Source: an uncultured Candidatus Saccharibacteria bacterium
GTDB lineage: Bacteria > Patescibacteriota > Minisyncoccia > Phycocordibacterales > PALSA-1337
Length of the DNA stretch: 64,000 nt
Assembly: GCA_964532285.1 (NCBI GenBank)
Contig: CAZHHB010000001.1
Coordinates: forward strand, 895-64,894
Direction of reading: 5' to 3'
Made by a program: the position numbers and the translations under genes. Shown here in pieces: positions 54,944-62,778 of the stretch (position 1 is the stretch's first letter; each line of letters starts with the position of its first letter). Below the pieces are notes generated by a model. It was not told the origin of the DNA, ran no database searches, and was given only the letters and a program-made list of their open reading frames with translations.

Positions 54944-56692
54944 CTACTCGGATACGACACGTAAGACTTCCTCTATGGTTGTCAAACCGGAAACGCATTT
55001 GAATATGCCGTCTTCTATCATAGTGAGCATCCCCTCTTTTTTGGCTTGAGCCTCTATATCACCCGAGGTAGACTCTTTCATGACCAACTCTCTGATAGTC
55101 GGGGACATTCTCAAAACTTCGTGTATACCTACTCTACCCTTGAAACCATCATCATCACCAGCAGGAACTGCCCTCCAAAAAGGAATCTTGTCCCAATCAT
55201 CACCTGGTTTTACTATCTTCTCCGCCCTCAAAGCTTCCAGGACATGGTTCATATCAACCACTTTTTCCAATTGAGAAAACTCAGCTTTTGAAAGCTTGTA
55301 CGACTCTTTGCTGTCAGTCAGACGACGGACGAGGCGCTGGCCAATGACAATATTCAATGTAGAAACAAGTAAAAACGGCTCCACTTTCATATCCATGAGA
55401 CGAGGAATGGCACCTGCGGCGGAGTTGGTGTGTAGAGTAGACAGGACCAAGTGGCCAGTCAGGGCCGCATTTACGGCCAAGGCGGCGGATTCATTGTCTC
55501 GGATCTCACCAACCATGATCACATCTGGGTCTTGACGAACAAGGGTGCGTATTCCCTGAGCAAAAGTAAACCCTATCTCTGGTCGAACCTGTGTCTGATT
55601 GATACGAGCAACTTGATATTCAATAGGATCTTCAATTGTAGAGATGTTGACATCTGGAGCATTTAAAATATCCAACATTGTATATAAGCTTGTGGTTTTA
55701 CCGGAACCAGTTGGACCTGTCGTGAGGATCATGCCCGTGGTCTGCTTGAGAGCTGTGTGAATACGTTCCAAACTCTCCCCATGGAATGTTAGATACTCCA
55801 GGGTGTATCCGGATATACTCTCGCGTAGAAGACGCATAACAATCTTCTCTCCATAATAAGTCGGTAATATTGACACACGAAAAGAAACTCTCTCATCGCT
55901 CATATCCACTTTAAATCTCCCATCCTGGGGCAATCGTTTTTCGTCCAACTTAAGACTAGAGAGAACCTTGATACGGGCTGAGATGGAAGGTCCTGCTTGT
56001 TTCGGTAGAACCATGGCATCATGGAGAAGTCCGTCAATACGGTACCTCACCAAGACTTGATCATCCATAGGTTCTATGTGTATATCAGAAGCATTTTGAA
56101 TAACGGCGTGCTTTATCAGTGTATCCACAATACGGACGACCGGCAAATCTTCTGCGATCTTTTTCAGATCAGTCTCTGATAAGGTCTCACCTTTATCTTC
56201 GGAGATCATCTTCAGGGAAGCCGTCTCTTTTTGGATAATGTCTCCAAATTCAGCCTTTAGACTCTTTTGGTATTGGACCAGGACATCTTTGACGGATTCT
56301 GTATCAGTTAAGCGGGGTAATATCTTCAGATTGACCTTCTTTCTTATGAAGTCAATAGCCGAAAGATCATTCACATCCAACATTGCAACTTCCAAAGCGA
56401 CATCAGTTTTCTTGTAAGCGACAATATTGTGTCCACGGGCAATAGGTTCTGGAATAAGAGAAAGTGTCTCAAATGGGATCTTCTTGTTCTTGAGGTCAAC
56501 AAACGGTATGCCCAAGACATAGGCTTGCATGCGATGGAGGTTGTCAGCCGTGATCTTGCCGGCAGTGACTAGAATATCACCGAGACGACTATTATTTTTC
56601 TCGCTCTGTTTCTTGGCATCTTCCAGGTCAATCTTGGAAACAAGTCCCGAGTCTAAAATGAACTTATAAAGCTGGGCATCTTCGACGAACAT
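54944..56692 (-). CDS. pilB: Type IV pilus assembly ATPase PilB/GspE
   Basis: N-terminal GSPII_E_N domain. Walker A GPTGSGKTT. Asp box and His box. Confidence 0.9.
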   Translation of the reverse strand: MFVEDAQLYKFILDSGLVSKIDLEDAKKQSEKNNSRLGDILVTAGKITADNLHRMQAYVLGIPFVDLKNKKIPFETLSLIPEPIARGHNIVAYKKTDVALEVAMLDVNDLSAIDFIRKKVNLKILPRLTDTESVKDVLVQYQKSLKAEFGDIIQKETASLKMISEDKGETLSETDLKKIAEDLPVVRIVDTLIKHAVIQNASDIHIEPMDDQVLVRYRIDGLLHDAMVLPKQAGPSISARIKVLSSLKLDEKRLPQDGRFKVDMSDERVSFRVSILPTYYGEKIVMRLLRESISGYTLEYLTFHGESLERIHTALKQTTGMILTTGPTGSGKTTSLYTMLDILNAPDVNISTIEDPIEYQVARINQTQVRPEIGFTFAQGIRTLVRQDPDVIMVGEIRDNESAALAVNAALTGHLVLSTLHTNSAAGAIPRLMDMKVEPFLLVSTLNIVIGQRLVRRLTDSKESYKLSKAEFSQLEKVVDMNHVLEALRAEKIVKPGDDWDKIPFWRAVPAGDDDGFKGRVGIHEVLRMSPTIRELVMKESTSGDIEAQAKKEGMLTMIEDGIFKCVSGLTTIEEVLRVVSE

Positions 56693-56858
56693 ATTGGGTT
56701 AATTGTAGCATATTTAATTATCCTAGTTTTTATAAAACATCCACAACACCTGTTAAATACAAAAACTGTCTTGACAACCGATACCCATAGGTAGAATATA
56801 GTCTTAAACATGTTCTCTCCGTTAGAAACGGGGATTTAAAAAGGAAAGATAAATAATT

Positions 56859-57455
56859 ATGGATACCGATAGAGAAAATGGGCGGTCTGTTATACCGACA
56901 GTCTGCCCTCATTGTCAAAAGCCAATTCTACTGGTTATGGATTCATGGCATGCCGAACTATCCAATGGCGAGTTGATGAAAAAAGACTACCTGAAAGACC
57001 TATCTCCCGAACAGCTGAAGCTGTTGGAGTACGCCCAAAGAACCAACCTCGTGGAAAGTTTTCGAAAATGTGTGGCCTTTGCCAGGGCGGAACAGATACC
57101 CAAAAGTATTGAAAGGTTCTTTATCACCATTATGCGAACGGCTGTCCCGAAGGCTGTACCGAGGTTTGCCCTAGAGAGATTCATGACCCTGTGTGGCCTG
57201 GGTGTTCATGTGGAATTCTACACTTCCCAAGGGATTGGGATTGTGGTTGGGGGTGGACAGATTCGCGCTTTTGTTCCGACCGAATTAGTCCTGGGGAAAA
57301 AACTTGACTTCCAAGGAGCTGTTCATCTGCGACCGCGGGCCACAGAAGCCGACCTGGATGACTGGCTTACAAAAGAAGATCATTTACTCACTCTGGGGCA
57401 ACGGCTAAATTTCGGAACGAGTCGCGTGACAGCACGGGGTGGTGGTCTGGTATAA
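56859..57455 (+). CDS. Hypothetical protein with an N-terminal CPHC zinc-ribbon-like motif. GC-rich relative to its surroundings.
   Basis: 198-aa ORF. No recognisable family. Confidence 0.35.
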   Translation: MDTDRENGRSVIPTVCPHCQKPILLVMDSWHAELSNGELMKKDYLKDLSPEQLKLLEYAQRTNLVESFRKCVAFARAEQIPKSIERFFITIMRTAVPKAVPRFALERFMTLCGLGVHVEFYTSQGIGIVVGGGQIRAFVPTELVLGKKLDFQGAVHLRPRATEADLDDWLTKEDHLLTLGQRLNFGTSRVTARGGGLV

Positions 57456-57520
57456 ACAAGCAGGTCTCTATAATCCTAATTTAAATGCACCAACCGGGTT
57501 CTGCTCAAGAAGCCGGTTTT

Positions 57521-57781
57521 TTATTCATAAAGCTGACTGTGCGTCCCAAAAGTGATCAAAAGGTAGTTCTGCGCGTCAATTCTTTTATAAACAAGCCTGA
57601 TATCACCTGAAATATTTATACTTCTACAGTCTGCATATTCTCCGTGTAATTCATGGTTATTTAATATAGGCGCAAACTCATCTGACACAAGCAAATTTAA
57701 ACGAGCTACAATTTTATCTTGTAACTTTTTTGGTGATGCCAAAAAACGCTTTCGGAATTCCGATGAACGATAGAGAAACAT
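57521..57781 (-). CDS. Type II toxin, YafQ/RelE family mRNA interferase
   Basis: ...HELHGEYADCRSINISGDIRLVYKRIDAQNYLLITFGTHSQLY matches the YafQ core (HxLxG....R..Hi.pDwlLiYk......l.RtGtHs.Lf). Confidence 0.75.
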   Translation of the reverse strand: MFLYRSSEFRKRFLASPKKLQDKIVARLNLLVSDEFAPILNNHELHGEYADCRSINISGDIRLVYKRIDAQNYLLITFGTHSQLYE

Positions 57782-57793
57782 GACTAAAGGATA

Positions 57794-58075
57794 CTACGAA
57801 CGCATCTCCTTAACAAGATTTTCAACAGAAGTAGACTTCGGTAATTTCCCCTCTTTGTATTCCCTTTCTGCTTCAGCAATAGCTCTCATCAAATGTGGTG
57901 TTGGTTTATGCGAAACAGAGAAACTTACCTCCTTATTACGGACAAATTGCCTTAGGAAACTATTTATAAGTGTCCCCAAAGATATACCGATCTCTTCGGC
58001 AACTTCTTGGGCCGCCTTTTTCAAAGTTTTATCGGTCTTTACTGTTATTAAAGTTTTTGTATTAATTGTCGTCAT
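57794..58075 (-). CDS. Type II antitoxin, DinJ/RelB family (RHH)
   Basis: TVKTDKTLKKAAQEVAEEIGISLGTLINSFLRQF (ribbon-helix-helix). Immediately upstream of the toxin. Confidence 0.7.
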   Translation of the reverse strand: MTTINTKTLITVKTDKTLKKAAQEVAEEIGISLGTLINSFLRQFVRNKEVSFSVSHKPTPHLMRAIAEAEREYKEGKLPKSTSVENLVKEMRS

Positions 58076-58186
58076 ATACCAAAGTATATACTTTGGTATA
58101 TTAATGTCAATAACTTACGAGTAAAAAGTTGACACACCACCTTCATCAGGTATATTTAAGTTAAAAGCACAAACAAAAGGTAAAAA

Positions 58187-58666
58187 ATGAAAAAAATAAT
58201 ACTTGTTAGGCATGGCTATTACAATCGTGGTGACGGTAGTCTGGATAAAATCGGTCAACTTCAGATAAGGGCGATTGGGGAATCCATTAAGTCCAAACTT
58301 AATGAGGGAGAAAGCGTGCAGATCATGTCATCCACAGCCAGACGAGCCGAGCAAAGCGCCGAGATCTTGACCGAAATACTTGGGGTCAATTTCGAAAGAC
58401 AACCGCGTCTCTGGACTGGATCGGACAAACCCCGCAATATCACAACTTCTTGTGAGATGGTCGGCGATCTTATCATGGATTCCAAGGCGGACATCTTAAT
58501 TTTAGTCTTGCATCTCGAATATAGCGATTGGCTTCCCCGGTTTATACAAGACCACATCATCAGTGGCGGATCAAAATTTCCATCCAAAGAGACCGAAAAA
58601 GGTCAGGCATGGCTTATTGATTGCAAGGCGAAGACTTGCACCCTAATGACATCAAGGTTCTGTTAA
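58187..58666 (+). CDS. Histidine phosphatase family protein (SixA-like)
   Basis: LVRHG (RHG motif) at the N-terminus. 159 aa. Confidence 0.6.
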   Translation: MKKIILVRHGYYNRGDGSLDKIGQLQIRAIGESIKSKLNEGESVQIMSSTARRAEQSAEILTEILGVNFERQPRLWTGSDKPRNITTSCEMVGDLIMDSKADILILVLHLEYSDWLPRFIQDHIISGGSKFPSKETEKGQAWLIDCKAKTCTLMTSRFC

Positions 58667-58829
58667 TTTGATCTTCTGCTATATAAGTACCAAATTCCAC
58701 CTAGTAGGAAAACTGACTAGGTGGATTTTTACAACTCCTTGCATTTTCCACCAAATATGCTATATTGCACCCATTACTAGTTCGCCCACCGGCGAACTTG
58801 TTTGTTAAAAATCAATAACAATTAAATAT

Positions 58830-60026
58830 ATGTTTGACCTAAAAGTAATAAATTCAGTAGTACAACAGTTAGAAGAAGAGCGTGGTATCCCAAGAGAAAA
58901 GACTCTGGAAGCCATCGCCATGTCCCTAGCAACCGCCTACAAGAAAGAGTATGGCAAGAAAGGCCAGATTATCCGTGCTTCATTTGATCAAAACAGTGGA
59001 GCTGTAGAGTTTTGGCAGGTGAAGATCGTCGTAGATCGTGAACAAGTCATCATGGAAGGTGACGAGGAAGCCGAACACGAGGAACTCAAGAATACCAATG
59101 TTGATGACATCAAGATTCGTTTCAATCCAGAACAACACATGCTTATTGAAGATGCTAGGAAGATCAAGCGCGGCGCTGTCGTCGGCGATGAACTAGTATT
59201 CCCTCTTGAGATGAAGGCCGACTTCGGACGCATTGCCGCTCAGACTGCAAAGCAGATCATCATTCAGAAGATCCGTGAAGCCGAGAAGGTCTCAGTCATG
59301 AGTGAATACGGAGAAAAAGAAGGTCAAATCGTTGCCGGTATCGTAGAGAGAGTAGAGAGGGGTATTGTATACATAGATATGGGTAGAGCTATCGGTGTGA
59401 TCCCTTACGAAGAGCAAATCCCTAGTGAACGCTGGAAGACGGGTGATCGTATCCGTGCTTACTTATTTGCTGTAGAAGAGACTCCTAAAGGCATCGTCTT
59501 GAAACTTTCACGCGCTCATCCGAAATTCCTAGCCAAACTCTTTGAGACAGAAACTCCGGAGATTGCTTCTGGAACTGTAGAGATAAAAGCTATTTCTCGA
59601 GAAGCTGGTTCTCGTTCCAAGGTAGCTGTCATCTCTCATGATCCACATATTGATCCTATAGGTTCTATGGTTGGACAGAGAGGAGTGCGTGTCTCTACTG
59701 TTACAAGCGAGCTTTCTGGTGAGAAAATAGATATCGTAGAATGGAATGAAGATCCTGCTCTGTTTATTGAAGAGTCTCTGTCACCTGCCGAGGTTGTTTC
59801 TCTAGAACTAGATGAGAGAGAGCATCGTGCCATTGTGACTGTGACAGAAGATGAACAATCTCTAGCTATCGGTAAGGGTGGTCAAAATGTCCGTCTTGCT
59901 GCAAAACTAACTGGTTGGAAGATAGATATCAAATCTGCGAATACTAATGCAGAATCAGAAGAGGATGAGGTTGAAAGTGAAGTGAAGGAATCTGCTGAAG
60001 TTGTAGAAACTAAAGATAGTAAGTAA
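58830..60026 (+). CDS. nusA: Transcription termination/antitermination factor NusA
   Basis: N-terminal domain, S1, two KH domains, acidic C-terminus. Confidence 0.9.
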   Translation: MFDLKVINSVVQQLEEERGIPREKTLEAIAMSLATAYKKEYGKKGQIIRASFDQNSGAVEFWQVKIVVDREQVIMEGDEEAEHEELKNTNVDDIKIRFNPEQHMLIEDARKIKRGAVVGDELVFPLEMKADFGRIAAQTAKQIIIQKIREAEKVSVMSEYGEKEGQIVAGIVERVERGIVYIDMGRAIGVIPYEEQIPSERWKTGDRIRAYLFAVEETPKGIVLKLSRAHPKFLAKLFETETPEIASGTVEIKAISREAGSRSKVAVISHDPHIDPIGSMVGQRGVRVSTVTSELSGEKIDIVEWNEDPALFIEESLSPAEVVSLELDEREHRAIVTVTEDEQSLAIGKGGQNVRLAAKLTGWKIDIKSANTNAESEEDEVESEVKESAEVVETKDSK

Positions 60027-60027
60027 A

Positions 60028-60154
60028 GCAAGGCAAAATACTTCCTTCTCGGGACACGGGGAAAACTCTGCAGAGTTTTCCCCTAGTTTCGCTCCTCGGC
60101 TTGCTAGCCTCGGAGCTGCAAATGTCCCGCGAAAGAAGTATTTTGCCTTGCTTC
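60028..60154. repeat. Structured palindromic element E4. Outer ~30-bp inverted repeat (AGCAAGGCAAAATACTTCCTTCTCGGGACA / TGTCCCGCGAAAGAAGTATTTTGCCTTGCT) enclosing a perfect 26-nt palindrome GGGGAAAACTCTGCAGAGTTTTCCCC and a second small hairpin. It fills the gap between the convergent nusA and C39-like stop codons.
   Basis: Arms match at 28 of 30 positions. The central 26-mer is its own reverse complement. Confidence 0.8.
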
Positions 60155-60156
60155 AA

Positions 60157-60771
60157 TTATCGTACTTTCAAAAGTGTCATGGAGAAATCAGGCTTGTTGG
60201 TGCTATATGTAGCATCGGCGAGCCTTTTTTCTGTATAAGAAGTAATTCCACGGTCAGGGTCAATTAGAGTCACCCCGCTCTCATTGAAACCAGCAACAAC
60301 GACCATATGAGCTCCGTATCCCCCACCACCGTATAGGATGTTTTGATTTACAGAAAGTAAAATAAAATATTTTCTCTTTGAGAAAAACTTGATGTCTTCT
60401 ACACCATAACGCCTATTTTGCAGAATAATATTCTTATTATGAACCAATAGTTTTGCATCTTTTTGTTCACTTACCAAATCTGAAAACTGATCCTGCACTT
60501 TGAAGGTATCAGCATCCCAGATCTCCTCCAAATATTTCTTGCCACCTTTCGCAAACGCTCTGTAATCCAGATTCTCTACATGGATAATATCAAATCTATT
60601 TGATAGCCATAGTAAATATCTACTCATCCAAGTAAACATCCCATCTTTGTGTCTAGCAATTTTATCCAACTTTCCAATAGACAATACAGGCATGCCGAAA
60701 TAGTGAAGCAGTGTCTGCAAACATGCCTGTACGCAATGTGTATCAGAATTTTTGAAATGTTTGTATTCCAT
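60157..60771 (-). CDS. Stand-alone papain-like cysteine peptidase, C39-like (Peptidase_C39_2-type)
   Basis: Catalytic Cys context HCVQACLQT. Catalytic His in the GAHMVVVAGF context. 204 aa, with no ABC transporter fused. Confidence 0.5.
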   Translation of the reverse strand: MEYKHFKNSDTHCVQACLQTLLHYFGMPVLSIGKLDKIARHKDGMFTWMSRYLLWLSNRFDIIHVENLDYRAFAKGGKKYLEEIWDADTFKVQDQFSDLVSEQKDAKLLVHNKNIILQNRRYGVEDIKFFSKRKYFILLSVNQNILYGGGGYGAHMVVVAGFNESGVTLIDPDRGITSYTEKRLADATYSTNKPDFSMTLLKVR

Positions 60772-60780
60772 ATTTGTATA

Positions 60781-60810
60781 AAAAATGGGGCGACACCGAA
60801 GTGCCGCCCC
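60781..60810 (-). terminator. Strong intrinsic terminator (GGGGCGGCAC-UUCG-GUGUCGCCCC followed by AUUUUU) between mini-ORF 1 and the C39-like gene
   Basis: 10-bp GC-rich stem, UUCG tetraloop, and a U-run on the minus strand. Confidence 0.7.
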
Positions 60811-60855
60811 GATGTTGGATGACTCGACTCAGACCAAGGGCCTGTGGCTGGACAA

Positions 60856-60948
60856 TCAGCGACCACCGTTACCGCCCTGGCCGTGGGTACCGCTCGAGCT
60901 TGTATTGGTCGAGCCACCGTTACCAGAATTGAGAATGATTGAGATCAT
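60856..60948 (-). CDS. Mini-ORF 1 (30 aa): MISIILNSGNGGSTNTSSSGTHGQGGNGGR. Candidate Gly/Ser/Asn-rich precursor peptide.
   Basis: SD GGAGAA 5 nt upstream of the ATG. Not in the ORF track because it is under 60 aa. GC-rich, Gly codons. The first ~35 nt are paralogous to mini-ORF 2. Confidence 0.4.
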   Translation of the reverse strand: MISIILNSGNGGSTNTSSSGTHGQGGNGGR

Positions 60949-61020
60949 AATTCTCCTTTCATATTATGGTTTCGTTGTTTTGCTATGCCGCCTTTGATTA
61001 AAGCGGAAAGTCTGTGCCCC

Positions 61021-61131
61021 CTAGTTGGGCATGCGATCATCGAAATCATCAATCCCCTCACGCTTTATGGGCGTATCTCGAGGATCGACGATGATTCGAG
61101 GCATCGGATCTCTGACAACTATTGAAGTCAT
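61021..61131 (-). CDS. Mini-ORF 2 (36 aa): MTSIVVRDPMPRIIVDPRDTPIKREGIDDFDDRMPN. Paralogous in its 5' end to mini-ORF 1.
   Basis: Upstream GGGATAATTATGACTTCAAT compares with GGAGAATTATGATCTCAAT for mini-ORF 1. DNA-level similarity continues with frame differences. Confidence 0.35.
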   Translation of the reverse strand: MTSIVVRDPMPRIIVDPRDTPIKREGIDDFDDRMPN

Positions 61132-61193
61132 AATTATCCCTTTTGGTTAAGGTTAATGTGCTGTGCTAATTTTGATTAGCGCTATCTATGAGT

Positions 61194-61221
61194 AGCATAG
61201 CAAAGGAGAAAAGTTTGTCAA
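61194..61221 (-). promoter_or_regulatory. Candidate promoter TTGACA-N16-TATGCT for the mini-ORF and C39 unit
   Basis: Minus-strand -35 TTGACA (complement of 61216-61221) and -10 TATGCT (complement of 61194-61199). Confidence 0.3.
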
Positions 61222-61246
61222 TAGGGGTAGTTGATAATTAATGACC

Positions 61247-61275
61247 AATAAAAAAGGCCGAGATCTCTCTCGACC
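61247..61275 (-). terminator. Intrinsic terminator after the M16 peptidase gene (GGUCGAGA-GAGA-UCUCGGCC followed by UUUUUUAUU)
   Basis: 8-bp stem plus a U-run on the minus strand, 20 nt after the M16 stop. Confidence 0.55.
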
Positions 61276-61295
61276 AGTTAATGGTACCGACGATA

Positions 61296-62570
61296 TTAAC
61301 ACACAGACTTGGACCCCGTTCCTTTAAACACCACCGCATGTGCTTTGTCTGGTGATAGTTGATTCAACTGTGCTTCCACCTGATCACGCTCTATTTCATT
61401 CATGATTTGTTCGTAATGAGAATCATTCACAATACGATTAGCACCCAAATATCGCTGTAAGGCTATGTCTCTGAAAGCTTCAGGATCAATCGGCCTCATA
61501 TTGAATAAATGTTTGGTTCCTTGTTTTATTTCTTCCAACCTTGCACTGCTCCTTACCTGCGGATCATTGACGACATCACGGAACGCAGTCAGAACTGCAT
61601 CAATATTTTCCATTTTCGTCTCAGCGCAAAAACCGAAGTAATTGCGGGCAGGAGTGCCTTTACCAACACAAAATGTCTTGTACACAAGCTTGCGTTCTTC
61701 TCGAGCTATCCTATACAGCGGCGAACTTAGTCCGCCGAACTGGAAGAGTGCCGAAAAGATATCAGTAGTGAGAAAGGTATTCACGGTGTCTTTCTTCCGA
61801 AGCGGAAACAACATGAACACTAGTGATGAAACGAACTCAGTTTCAACAGTGGTAGTTTTTCCAGACTTCCACTCTGGAAGAAAACCACGGTTAGCAGGTA
61901 CTCTGCGTTCTGATAATCCGTTAGCTGGCAAAACTTCTGCCAGATTCGCCAGCTTTTGCTGTATTTCATCGATTGGAATATTACCGACGATGATAAGCAT
62001 GGCGCGTGAACGATCATAGCCGGCTTTATAGGCATGGCACAAAGTTGAGACGTCCATGGTATCGAGCGTCTCTTCTGTCCCGAGGACGCGATGTCCGAAT
62101 GGGTGTCCTCCATAGAGAATTTCTGATAGCTTAGTAAAGGCCGAGTAATCGGCCTTCCCCAAACTTCCAGCTATTTCTTGACGGATGATTTCCCTCTCAG
62201 CCGCCACATCATCTTCCCTGATGAGGGGCCTTCCGAACAAATCGGTAATCACCGACAGTGCTTCATCCCACACTTCCAAGGGCACACTACTCTCATATAC
62301 GGTGTATTGCATACCAGTGCGCGCATTGATATGCCCAGCATATTTAGTAGCCCATCCTTTGGTCGCGGCATAACCACCGGGATACTTGGCAGTACCACGG
62401 AACGGCACATGCTCGAACCAGTGATACAATCCAGGCTTACCAACTGATTCATCATCAGCTGCCCCCGTAAAGATTACCCAGGACATAGCGACTGACTTAA
62501 CCATTTCAGGCATCCGCTGATAAAGTATCGGGATACCAAAAGGTCCAGTGAACTGTTGTATTTCTATCAT
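61296..62570 (-). CDS. M16 family zinc metallopeptidase (inverzincin HxxEH)
   Basis: HWFEHVPFRG near the N-terminus (HxxEH), with a downstream Glu-containing region. 424 aa. Confidence 0.7.
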   Translation of the reverse strand: MIEIQQFTGPFGIPILYQRMPEMVKSVAMSWVIFTGAADDESVGKPGLYHWFEHVPFRGTAKYPGGYAATKGWATKYAGHINARTGMQYTVYESSVPLEVWDEALSVITDLFGRPLIREDDVAAEREIIRQEIAGSLGKADYSAFTKLSEILYGGHPFGHRVLGTEETLDTMDVSTLCHAYKAGYDRSRAMLIIVGNIPIDEIQQKLANLAEVLPANGLSERRVPANRGFLPEWKSGKTTTVETEFVSSLVFMLFPLRKKDTVNTFLTTDIFSALFQFGGLSSPLYRIAREERKLVYKTFCVGKGTPARNYFGFCAETKMENIDAVLTAFRDVVNDPQVRSSARLEEIKQGTKHLFNMRPIDPEAFRDIALQRYLGANRIVNDSHYEQIMNEIERDQVEAQLNQLSPDKAHAVVFKGTGSKSVC

Positions 62571-62778
62571 ATTATTATCTCCCGCCGTTGAGGTTTAACT
62601 TTCAAAAAACACTTCTGAAGATACTACAACAACTTAAGGAGCTTGTAAATACTACCAAACCCCTTATTTTCTGCTAGAATCTCGCATATCGTATACTTTG
62701 TAACAATTATCAATTAGACAGAGGTTTCGCAGCGCTTAATTTGCGCCTTGCGGACTTTTAACTTTAAACTTAATTTCT

